Shown here: piece after piece, positions 1-7,696 of the stretch
Numbering within the stretch: position 1 is the stretch's first letter
Layout of the letters: every line of letters starts with the position of its first letter
Source of the DNA: Myxococcota bacterium
GTDB taxonomy: Bacteria > Myxococcota_A > Polyangia > Nannocystales > Nannocystaceae
Direction: 5' to 3'
Assembly: GCA_039028615.1 (NCBI GenBank)
Contig: JBCCHT010000071.1
Coordinates: 1-36,517 of the forward strand
DNA: 36,517 nucleotides
Notes under the pieces: generated by a model
The model's database searches: none
Seen by the model: the letters and a program-made list of their open reading frames with translations, nothing else
Told to the model about the DNA's origin: nothing
Position numbers and translations under genes: made by a program

Positions 1-10
1 GCACTACCTG

Positions 11-1705
11 ATGTCGGTGCCGGCCATGACCCGGCAGACCGTGCTGCGCCCCAACGACGGGGGCCGGGCCGACACCCTGCTGTCTCAGCTGCCTCGCAAC
101 GAACGGGACCTCGTCCGCATCCTCCCGCTGCGGCCGCCCCGATACTCGCCCGGGTACCAGGTTCCCGGGCACGACTACGAGCTGATCAGCCTGCTGGGGC
201 AGGGAGGCTTCGGCGAAGTATGGCGAGCCCGAGACGTCAACCGCCCCTCGTCGCCGGACGTCGCGCTCAAGTTCTGTCTCGACGACAGCGTGGCCGGCCT
301 GCTCAAAAACGAGGTGCGCAACCTCGACCACCTGCAGGGCAGCAACCCCAGCCCCTATGTGGTCCGACTGCTCGGCAATGCCCTGGCTGCCACGCCGCCC
401 TTTCTCATCTTCGAGCTCATCGGCGGCGGCGACCTCACCTCGTGGCTCGCCACCTTCGATGGCCGCCCCGCGCCCGCCAAAGAGGTCATCCGCATCCTCA
501 CCATGACCTGCCGGGGTCTCGCGCACGCCCATCGCCGCGACGTCGCCCATCGAGACCTGAAGCCGGCCAATCTGCTGGTCACCGCGGAAGGGGTGGTCAA
601 GATCGCCGACTTCGGCATCGGGCACAAAGTGCAGAAGTTCGGCGGCAACGCCAAGGGCACCCACTCTCGCCTGGCCACCGAGCTGCGCGGGGCCATGACC
701 CCGAACTACACCGACGAGGCCGGCACCGAGAAGCAGCGCGACATCTATGCGCTGGGGGTCATCGCGTATCAGCTGCTCGCGGGGAACATCGCCCGGCCCA
801 TGCCGCCGGGGTGGCGCAGCGAGCTGGAGGAGTCGGGGGCCAGCAGCACCCTGATGCAGTTCATCGGCAAGTGTGTGGCGTCGCCGACCCGGCGCTTTCC
901 CGATGCGATGGCCGCCCTCGCGGTGCTCGAGACGATGGATCGCGGGCGACCGGCCCCCGCGGCATCGACTTCGACTTCCGCCGAGGACGACGACTTGGAC
1001 CCCGAGTCGTTCATGAAGTCGCCGCTGCGCCAGGGCCTGGCCTATGTGGTCGCGGCGAGCGTGGCCGCGATTGGCCTGTACGCGCTCAACGCCGTCTCGA
1101 CCTCGAAAGCCACCACGCCCAAGCCCGCGAACGAAGGCCAGATCATCGTTCCCCGCAACAAGCTCGACGTGGGGGATGGCGGTCAACCCGAACCCGAACC
1201 CGAACCCGAACCCGAGCCGGAACCCGAACCCGCTCCACGGCCTACCTGCGACGTCGGCAAACGAGACAAGATCCTGAGCAGGAACGCCAGCCGGAGACGC
1301 ACGGCGTCCAACCTCTACAACGACGGATACGTTCTCCTCAACGCCGACTGCTTCGAGGATGGGCGTCGGATCTTCAACTTCGCACAGCTGCGCTTCCCCG
1401 ACGATCCGAGACCCTACAACGGCCTCGGCAATATCGCGTGGGAAGCTGACCACGACCCGATTCGAGCCGAGCAGCACTATCGGAACTCGTTCGAGCGTAT
1501 CGACAATCTCCCGAGGTCCTCTCGGTGGCCCCGCTCATCGCCGTCGTTCAATCTCGGCAAGATGCTCCAGAGTCAGAGCCGATGCGTCGAGGCCAGGGGT
1601 TGGTACGAAATCGCCGTCGAGGCCAATCCCGATTCGAACGCCCGGAAGATGCTCGACGCCATGACCAGGGTCAACGGTACCTGGTACTGCGACCCCAACG
1701 TTTGA
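11..1705 (+). CDS. Hanks-type Ser/Thr protein kinase with TM helix, PE-repeat linker and C-terminal TPR-like domain (5' end may lie outside the window)
   Basis: Motifs GQGGFGEVW, VALKFC, HRDLKPAN, DFG; hydrophobic segment GLAYVVAASVAAIGLYAL; (PE)n linker; TPR-like YNGLGNI and FNLGKML. The frame is open upstream of position 11. Confidence 0.88.
   Translation: MSVPAMTRQTVLRPNDGGRADTLLSQLPRNERDLVRILPLRPPRYSPGYQVPGHDYELISLLGQGGFGEVWRARDVNRPSSPDVALKFCLDDSVAGLLKNEVRNLDHLQGSNPSPYVVRLLGNALAATPPFLIFELIGGGDLTSWLATFDGRPAPAKEVIRILTMTCRGLAHAHRRDVAHRDLKPANLLVTAEGVVKIADFGIGHKVQKFGGNAKGTHSRLATELRGAMTPNYTDEAGTEKQRDIYALGVIAYQLLAGNIARPMPPGWRSELEESGASSTLMQFIGKCVASPTRRFPDAMAALAVLETMDRGRPAPAASTSTSAEDDDLDPESFMKSPLRQGLAYVVAASVAAIGLYALNAVSTSKATTPKPANEGQIIVPRNKLDVGDGGQPEPEPEPEPEPEPEPAPRPTCDVGKRDKILSRNASRRRTASNLYNDGYVLLNADCFEDGRRIFNFAQLRFPDDPRPYNGLGNIAWEADHDPIRAEQHYRNSFERIDNLPRSSRWPRSSPSFNLGKMLQSQSRCVEARGWYEIAVEANPDSNARKMLDAMTRVNGTWYCDPNV
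1185..1232 (+). repeat. Hexanucleotide tandem repeat (AACCCG)x8 with one variant unit, encoding a poly-PE linker
   Basis: Read directly; translates as QPEPEPEPEPEPEPAP. Confidence 0.9.
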
Positions 1706-1753
1706 GCGTGCCCGCGGCGAGCGAAGCGGACCAGGTTGCACACCATGCGCAAG

Positions 1754-1787
1754 CGCGGCCCCGCGTCCCCCTCGACGCGGGACCGCG
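1754..1787. terminator. GC-rich hairpin between convergent genes, probable bidirectional terminator
   Basis: Arms CGCGGCCCCGCGTC and GACGCGGGACCGCG (14 bp, one mismatch) with a 6-nt loop; no U-tract. Confidence 0.55.
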
Positions 1788-1791
1788 ATGC

Positions 1792-3366
1792 TCAGAACCC
1801 CTCTTCTTGATCCCCGAGACAGTTCAGCTCGAGCAGGCGCTTCACCTCGTCCTGCTCGCTCTTGTTCAGCCAATGAAACGTGTAGTCCCACGCGTTGCGG
1901 CCATCCGCGTCGTCGTAGTCGCCCGAGGACGACGAGCGCCGGGGCTCGTCCTTCTGGCGGTTATTGAAGCCGGCCGGGAACACGTCCCACACCAGCCGCA
2001 TCGTGGTCCGCGACGCCGAGATGCCTTCGGTCCCCCGCGTGTCGTACAGGTCCCAGAAAAAGCGCGCCGTGTTGCCTTCGACCGCTTCCGGGATCACCGA
2101 TTTCCCCACCGCCGGGTCGCGCACACAGGCGTACCGCCGCGGCCGGCCCGACGCGTCCAGCTCCGGGGTCCAGGCGCGGTTCCAGGTCCTCCCGTCGAGG
2201 ATCTGCTTGGTGAGCTGATGCTCGCCCTTGTCGTCGTTATAGCGGCACTGCCGACGACACTGGGGCGCCGTCGCCTCGGTCTCACAGTCGCAGACCGGGG
2301 CCGCACCGTCGTCGCACTCGTCCCCGCAGAACTTGTAGTAGGGGCGGCGAGCCGAGGGCTCGAAGTAGGTGGCGGCGGCGAAGAAGTCCGCCCAGCCCTC
2401 CGAGGTCGCACAGGTCTCGCTGTGATCGTTGTTCGTGCCGAGGCTCTTGGTCCAGTGCCACGAGTGCCCCTCGCACCACGTCGGATTCGAGAGACTCCCG
2501 TTGCCCACGTCCATCGCCCGGCGGTGGTACAGGTGCCCGAACTCGTGCGCCGTGCCGTGGTTGCGATCCCAGTGGTCCTCGGCGATGTGGATCTCGTCGC
2601 GGTTGGCCCCCGACGAGTCCTCGGGATCGGGGTAGAGGATGGTGACCTCGTCGTAGACGTCGTGCTTGAGGTACCCCCAGCGCTCGTAGACATCGATGGC
2701 GCTCTTGTAGAGGTTGGCCAGCTTGTGGCTCTTGCCGGTATCGGGCGTGTCGCAGCTGCCGTCCCAGGTCGCACGGCAGCTCACGTTGAGCGAGCGCGTC
2801 AGCCGGTTGTTCACGAACTCCGAGGAGTTGGTCGACATGTAGCCGACGGCGGGGATCCACGTGGAGTACACGGTGCCGTCCGGCTTCTCCATGTCGTGAA
2901 ACACCCAGTTGCCCGGCTTGCTGCGAAAGCGAACCCCCATCTTGAACTCGGGGTTGCTGCAGATGTTGGTGAACGTGTGCGAAAACCACCCGCTCTTCGA
3001 CGCATGCTCGAGCGCGCTCTTGTACGTCGTGCTGCCGCAGCGCGCATGCACCCGGTACTCCACGTAGCTCATCTGCGCATCGGGGCCGCTGTCGTTGCCC
3101 ATCGTTCGCAGCAGGCTCCCTTCGCCCGTCGAGTAGTGGTAGCGAGCGTTGTGAAAATTGATGCGACCACGGATCGTCCGGGTGGCCGCCTGCGCCAGCT
3201 CGGGCACCAGGAACGCGACCAGCAGGGCGAACAGGGTCAGCGGTCCGCACCGTGATCGCAGGACACTTCGAGCGGGCAACGTGACGACATCGGCCGGCGA
3301 ACGAGATTCAGGGCGCGGGCCATCGGCCGGTCGCGACGGGATTGCTTGGGGGCAGGCAGGTTCCAT
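1792..3366 (-). CDS. Secreted zinc metalloprotease, gluzincin-like (start uncertain)
   Basis: Signal peptide LTLFALLVAFLVPELAQA-A; HExxH motif AHEFGH; downstream SEGWADF supplies a candidate third Zn ligand; Cys-rich segment. ATG at 3366 chosen over the longer ORF start at 3480. Confidence 0.75.
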   Translation of the reverse strand: MEPACPQAIPSRPADGPRPESRSPADVVTLPARSVLRSRCGPLTLFALLVAFLVPELAQAATRTIRGRINFHNARYHYSTGEGSLLRTMGNDSGPDAQMSYVEYRVHARCGSTTYKSALEHASKSGWFSHTFTNICSNPEFKMGVRFRSKPGNWVFHDMEKPDGTVYSTWIPAVGYMSTNSSEFVNNRLTRSLNVSCRATWDGSCDTPDTGKSHKLANLYKSAIDVYERWGYLKHDVYDEVTILYPDPEDSSGANRDEIHIAEDHWDRNHGTAHEFGHLYHRRAMDVGNGSLSNPTWCEGHSWHWTKSLGTNNDHSETCATSEGWADFFAAATYFEPSARRPYYKFCGDECDDGAAPVCDCETEATAPQCRRQCRYNDDKGEHQLTKQILDGRTWNRAWTPELDASGRPRRYACVRDPAVGKSVIPEAVEGNTARFFWDLYDTRGTEGISASRTTMRLVWDVFPAGFNNRQKDEPRRSSSSGDYDDADGRNAWDYTFHWLNKSEQDEVKRLLELNCLGDQEEGF

Positions 3367-3406
3367 CGCGGCGGTAGTGGATCGACCGCCGCGGATGATC
3401 CCGAGC

Positions 3407-3426
3407 CTGCGAGATTTTTTTCGCAG
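3407..3426. promoter_or_regulatory. Palindrome CTGCGA-N8-TCGCAG in a divergent intergenic region, candidate operator
   Basis: Perfect 6-bp inverted repeat around a T-rich spacer, between the protease and hydrolase genes. Confidence 0.4.
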
Positions 3427-3599
3427 TGCATCGCCGCCCGGCGCACGACTCGACCTCGGCCTGCGGATCGACTGGTGCACCCGTTCGGAAACCTGGCGTA
3501 GCGGGCGCGCGGCGTCGCCCGGCTCGTGAATCGGCCGCGAGAGGCGAGGTCACGGGTGGTTTGGGCTGCTTTGCGCCGCCCCGGGTGAACGGCGAGCGT

Positions 3600-5360
3600 A
3601 TGATCCGAGCAACGGACGCCCTCGTGACGCACCATCGACTGCCTTCGACTCGCCGACCTTCTCTTCGTACCGGGCTCGTTCCTTGCTCGTTGTGGCTCGC
3701 CGTCTCTGCGTGCAACGACGGCGGCGACATGCAGCCCGCCGACGAGACGAGCTCCACGGGCACCACCGCCGCGGTCGACAGCTCGACCTCGGCTCCGAGC
3801 GACCTCGACACCACCGCGGGCGAGGACCCGTCGACCTCGAGCAGCTCCAGCGGCGAGCCGGCAGATCCGCCGCCCCCACCGCTGCCGTGGACCGACGACT
3901 GCACGTACATCAACAGCGACCTGTCGCGGCTCAACGAGCGCCTCGAGTGTGCGGGCGTCACCGTGCCCCTGGACCACGACGATCCCGAGGGCGAGTCCAT
4001 CACCATCGCTGCCTACAAGATCCCCACCACCATGGCGCCGCGCCGAGGCCAGTTCTGGTTGCTCGCGGGCGGCCCGGGCAGCAGCGGCCTGTCCTTCCTC
4101 AGCAACGCCGAGCTCACCGATGCCCTCAACGACGCGGGCTGGGACGTGCTCGTACCCTCGCATCGCGGCACGCTCAGCCCGCCGCTGGATTGCGACAACC
4201 CCGACTTCAGCAGCTGCCGCGACGGCCTCGAGGACAGCTGGGGCGATGGCCTGCGTCACTTCAACAGCACCCAGGCCGGCCACGACATCGCGGTCCTCGC
4301 CGAGCGCGAGCAGCAGGACCTCGACGACGCGATCGTCGTCTATGGCGTCTCGTACGGCACGATGTGGGCGATGCACTACGGCTCGCTGCACCCCGAGCAG
4401 GCCGACGCCCTGGTGCTCGACAGCGTCCTGCCCTCGGAGGTCGACGTGCTCACCCAAGAGGCGCAGCAGCAGGTCTCCGTCGAGGAAATCCTGCAGCGCT
4501 GCGTCGACGATCCCCTCTGCGGCCCCACCCTGCCCTACGCCAGCGGCACCGAGTTCTCCAACGCCGTGACCGCGGCCATCACCGACGGGGAGTGCGGACC
4601 GCAAGACCCCGGCACCTGGCAGCAGACCGACTACCGCACCGAGCTCGGCACCCTGCTCAACGGTGGTTCTCGGGACTACGTGCCGCTCATGGCCGCCCTG
4701 CTCGCCGCCTGCACCCCCGAGACCAGCGAGATCTACGAGATGGCCCTGCCGGGGTTGTTCTCCGCCTCGTTCGCCATGGCCCCTCCGAGCCCGGGTCCGC
4801 TGCTCGAGCTTCCGCGCTACGACGTCGACTCCGACCTGTTCTTCTACCGCGCGCTGCAATACGTCGTCATGGGCACCACCGTGCTGCGCAACGAGACCGA
4901 CCCCACCCCCATCACCGAAGAGGCCGAGGGCAACCTCGTCGGCCTGGGTTTCGCCAACCTCTTCCATACCGTCCACGACGTCTGGACCACCTTGCCCGAC
5001 GTCGACCCGCTGCCGCCCTATCCCACCGAGCTGCCCACGCTGATCTTGTCTGGGGCCTTCGACCTCCAGACCCCGCTCGGTTGGGCCATCGATACCGCGG
5101 CCGACTTCGGCCCCGATGCCCAGCACTTCCTCGTCTTCGACTCGGCCCGGCACGGTGTCGCCACCAGCGGCGTGACCTTCGACGACCAGCCCTGTGCGCG
5201 CGACATCATGCTCGCTTTCTCCGCCGACCCGCTCGCGAAGCTGGACATCTCGTGCATGGACGACACCCCGCCCGTCGACACCACCCTGCAGCGACCCGAC
5301 CTGCAACAGACCTCGGCCGAGGTCTTCGGCATCGACGACCCCTGGACCCTCGTGCCCTAG
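3600..5360 (+). CDS. Alpha/beta-hydrolase lipoprotein (TAP/tripeptidyl-aminopeptidase-like)
   Basis: Lipobox LAVSAC; S/T-rich linker; VPLDH, GGPGSSG, nucleophile motif GVSYG, LDS, ILSGAFDLQTP and a C-terminal catalytic-type His (ARHGV). Confidence 0.88.
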   Translation: MIRATDALVTHHRLPSTRRPSLRTGLVPCSLWLAVSACNDGGDMQPADETSSTGTTAAVDSSTSAPSDLDTTAGEDPSTSSSSSGEPADPPPPPLPWTDDCTYINSDLSRLNERLECAGVTVPLDHDDPEGESITIAAYKIPTTMAPRRGQFWLLAGGPGSSGLSFLSNAELTDALNDAGWDVLVPSHRGTLSPPLDCDNPDFSSCRDGLEDSWGDGLRHFNSTQAGHDIAVLAEREQQDLDDAIVVYGVSYGTMWAMHYGSLHPEQADALVLDSVLPSEVDVLTQEAQQQVSVEEILQRCVDDPLCGPTLPYASGTEFSNAVTAAITDGECGPQDPGTWQQTDYRTELGTLLNGGSRDYVPLMAALLAACTPETSEIYEMALPGLFSASFAMAPPSPGPLLELPRYDVDSDLFFYRALQYVVMGTTVLRNETDPTPITEEAEGNLVGLGFANLFHTVHDVWTTLPDVDPLPPYPTELPTLILSGAFDLQTPLGWAIDTAADFGPDAQHFLVFDSARHGVATSGVTFDDQPCARDIMLAFSADPLAKLDISCMDDTPPVDTTLQRPDLQQTSAEVFGIDDPWTLVP

Positions 5361-5408
5361 GGGCCGCCATTGTCGACGACGGTGGGCATTTCCACGAATG
5401 CCTGTGAA

Positions 5409-5846
5409 CTAGTCGTCCTGCGTGTCCATCTTGCGAACCGCCCCCGCGAAGTCGAGCACCGCCTTCGCCAAGGCCGCAACCGTCGTGGGATTCGGTGCCG
5501 CTGCCAGAGCGATGACGGCACCGGCAAGCACGACGAAACTCGCGAGTCCAGACGCAACTTTCGTTGCCTTCGCTAGGCGCTGCCGAACACTGATGAGTTC
5601 ATCGGTCGCCTGCTTGAGCCGCGGCAGGTGAGAATCGAGGGCCGAACCGAGTTGTTCATGCGCGATATCCTCGACACGCGATGCGCCAAGGACCAGCTGC
5701 CTGTGGTGGCCTCGAATCTCTCGCCACTGCTCCTCCGTCATTTCCCCCGCATCAAAGTCCCTCTTCGCGCGGAACAGGAAGTCTCGGGCCAGATCATCAA
5801 CCGCGTCCGCGGCTGCGAACAGAACTTGTGCACGCTGAATCGACAT
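5409..5846 (-). CDS. Hypothetical 145-aa helical protein with a C-terminal hydrophobic hairpin
   Basis: ATG directly abuts the upstream TAG (TAGATG); amphipathic helices followed by LASFVVLAGAVIALAAAPNPTTVAALAKAVL. Confidence 0.75.
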   Translation of the reverse strand: MSIQRAQVLFAAADAVDDLARDFLFRAKRDFDAGEMTEEQWREIRGHHRQLVLGASRVEDIAHEQLGSALDSHLPRLKQATDELISVRQRLAKATKVASGLASFVVLAGAVIALAAAPNPTTVAALAKAVLDFAGAVRKMDTQDD

Positions 5847-6854
5847 CTACTTCGTCTCCTCGGTTACCGCAGAACAAGGCGGCAATGTCGTCACGACTCG
5901 GCTCATCCCTACCGCGGGATCCCTCTCAGGTTTGGGCAGGCTGTTCGCGGTCAGGCGCTCCGAGAGCACTTCACGATGGGGTTTACACTCATCCAAGAGC
6001 CTCTTGTCCCACGCCGCGCACTCGAGCGCCTTGCCAACGGTTCCTGCCAGCTTCTTGTCGTCCTTGAACTCGGCTTCCTTGCGTGCCCACTTGCCCAGAT
6101 AGGCAGTCGCAAGCAGTAACCCGTAGAGCCGGGTCTCGAGCCGTGCGACGAACTGGCGGCGCTCATGAACCTGCATCCGCACCAAGTTGGCGCCCATCGG
6201 CCAGCCGAAGCGCTGTTCCGCGAGCGACCCATTGGCACGCAGCTCGTCCAAGTCCTTGGCAGACGCTTCCATCGTCTTGCAGACTTCCTCGTCGGCCTTC
6301 CGCGCGTCAGCGAGCGCCTCTCGAGCAAACACGAGTTCCGCCAGCGCAACGCTCATGATCGTGCGCTCGTAGTTTTTCACGTTGCTGCGGACCTCGGCTC
6401 GTGTCCATCCTCGGGCAACGAGCTTCACGAATTCATCCGTACCAGTTGCAATGAGGTCCGTGTAGTCGTCGAGCCCATCCGGCTCGACCACCTCCAGAAC
6501 GGCCTTGGCCAGGGCCTTTCCCTCGGGACCAGATGCCGTCGCGAGCTTGTCGAGTTGCTTGCCATACGCTGCCAGCAGCTTGATGCCCTTTTCGTGGTCG
6601 TCGGCACGCGACCTCAGACCTTGGCAGACATCTTCCACCGATAGCCCCTTCGCGAGTCCTTCCAGCTCGCACAGCTCCAGAGCTCCTCCGACGGCGGCAA
6701 CGTCGTTCGCCAACCCCGATGCATGCGTGCCCGTCTTTGACGCCGTTTTCATCGAGCAGCCGAACGTGGCGGATACGATTGAAAGAGCGAGGAACAGGCC
6801 CACTCGACGCCCTGGGTGGACTCTCTTGCCATTCTCTTTGCGCGATCTATGCAT
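5847..6854 (-). CDS. Hypothetical all-helical lipoprotein
   Basis: Basic N-region and lipobox LFLALSIVSATFGC; GGAG RBS upstream; natural amino-acid composition; coupled to the downstream ORF. Confidence 0.78.
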   Translation of the reverse strand: MHRSRKENGKRVHPGRRVGLFLALSIVSATFGCSMKTASKTGTHASGLANDVAAVGGALELCELEGLAKGLSVEDVCQGLRSRADDHEKGIKLLAAYGKQLDKLATASGPEGKALAKAVLEVVEPDGLDDYTDLIATGTDEFVKLVARGWTRAEVRSNVKNYERTIMSVALAELVFAREALADARKADEEVCKTMEASAKDLDELRANGSLAEQRFGWPMGANLVRMQVHERRQFVARLETRLYGLLLATAYLGKWARKEAEFKDDKKLAGTVGKALECAAWDKRLLDECKPHREVLSERLTANSLPKPERDPAVGMSRVVTTLPPCSAVTEETK

Positions 6855-7068
6855 GGATCAACTCCGTCTCGAGCGCTTGGCCATCGCCAGCCGGGTGGTA
6901 GTGAAGAAACCCAGGAACTCCGTCACAAAAATCCCGCACCGGTCCTCGACCGGCCGTAGTTCCCGGTTCCCATGCGGTACACGGACAGCAACGTTCGTTT
7001 CGAGGAATCAGAACCCTCGGCCGTGCGGAACTTTCGTACCACTGAACAGGCACTGAGCCAGCCTGGGC

Positions 7069-7662
7069 TCAGGATTCGGAGACCAGGGCTTCGAGGCGGG
7101 CGAGGGTGGAGTCGCGGAGGGCAGGGTCGTCGGTCAGCTCGCCGACGCGGTCTTTGAGCATCGCACGAGCGCGAGAGATTCGGCTGCGTACGGTGTGAGG
7201 CGAGATGCTCAGGACCTCGGCCAACGAGGCGCCGTCGAGGCCTTCCCAGTAGAACAGCTCGAGGGTGATCTGAAAGTCGGCGGGCAGGTGCCGAAGGGCG
7301 CGGAGCAGCAACCGGTGCTGCTCCGAGCGGGCGATGACGCTGCCCACCGACTGCCCCATGTCGGCCACCGATGTGGTCAGCGAATCGAACTGCCGTCGAC
7401 CGCGGCGGCGTAGGTGCCCGAGCAGCACGTTGCGAGCGATGGCGAACACGTAGGTCCGAAAGGTCGAGCGCTGCTCGAAGCGGTCGCGCCCTTCGACGCA
7501 GGCCAGGAAGGTCTCTTGAACGAGGTCTTCGGTGTTGCCGTCGACCTTGTTCTTGAAAAACCGCGACACGGCGCCCAGGTGGCCGTCGAAGAGCCGCCCT
7601 CCGGCCTCGCGGTCTCCCCGCCTCCAGGCCTCGAGCAGCTCGAAGTCGGGATCGGCCGCCAT
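7069..7662 (-). CDS. ECF-type RNA polymerase sigma-70 factor
   Basis: Region 2 EDLVQETFL...FRTYVFAIARN; region 4 LRHLP...LELFYWEGL...LAEVLSISPHTVRSRISRAR. Confidence 0.95.
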   Translation of the reverse strand: MAADPDFELLEAWRRGDREAGGRLFDGHLGAVSRFFKNKVDGNTEDLVQETFLACVEGRDRFEQRSTFRTYVFAIARNVLLGHLRRRGRRQFDSLTTSVADMGQSVGSVIARSEQHRLLLRALRHLPADFQITLELFYWEGLDGASLAEVLSISPHTVRSRISRARAMLKDRVGELTDDPALRDSTLARLEALVSES

Positions 7663-7670
7663 CGATCACG

Positions 7671-7676
7671 ATGATA
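7671..7676 (-). promoter_or_regulatory. Putative sigma70-type -10 element (TATCAT) for a leaderless or near-leaderless ECF sigma transcript
   Basis: TATCAT lies 8 nt upstream of the ATG at 7662; no Shine-Dalgarno in between. Confidence 0.45.
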
Positions 7677-7696
7677 CCGTCTCGCTACATCGGACG

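Noticed and set aside
5385..5402. GGCATT-N6-AATGCC hairpin between convergent genes
   Set aside because: Only a 6-7 bp stem with no U-tract; too weak to call a terminator.
220..5407. Long alternative-frame and antisense ORFs (220-1449, 1525-3255, 3237-5306, 3683-5407)
   Set aside because: Arg/Pro/Gly-rich shadows of real genes, expected in high-GC DNA with few stop codons; no motifs.
5361..7068. Mobile element explaining the lower-GC patch
   Set aside because: No transposase, integrase, terminal inverted repeats or target duplication found by eye.
6855..7068. Possible ncRNA or riboswitch in the 214-bp intergenic region
   Set aside because: No recognisable family motif or convincing structure; an Rfam search would be needed.
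7532..7696. Upstream extension of the kinase ORF
   Set aside because: Overlaps the ECF sigma gene in antisense; ATG 7697 gives a normal N-terminus.
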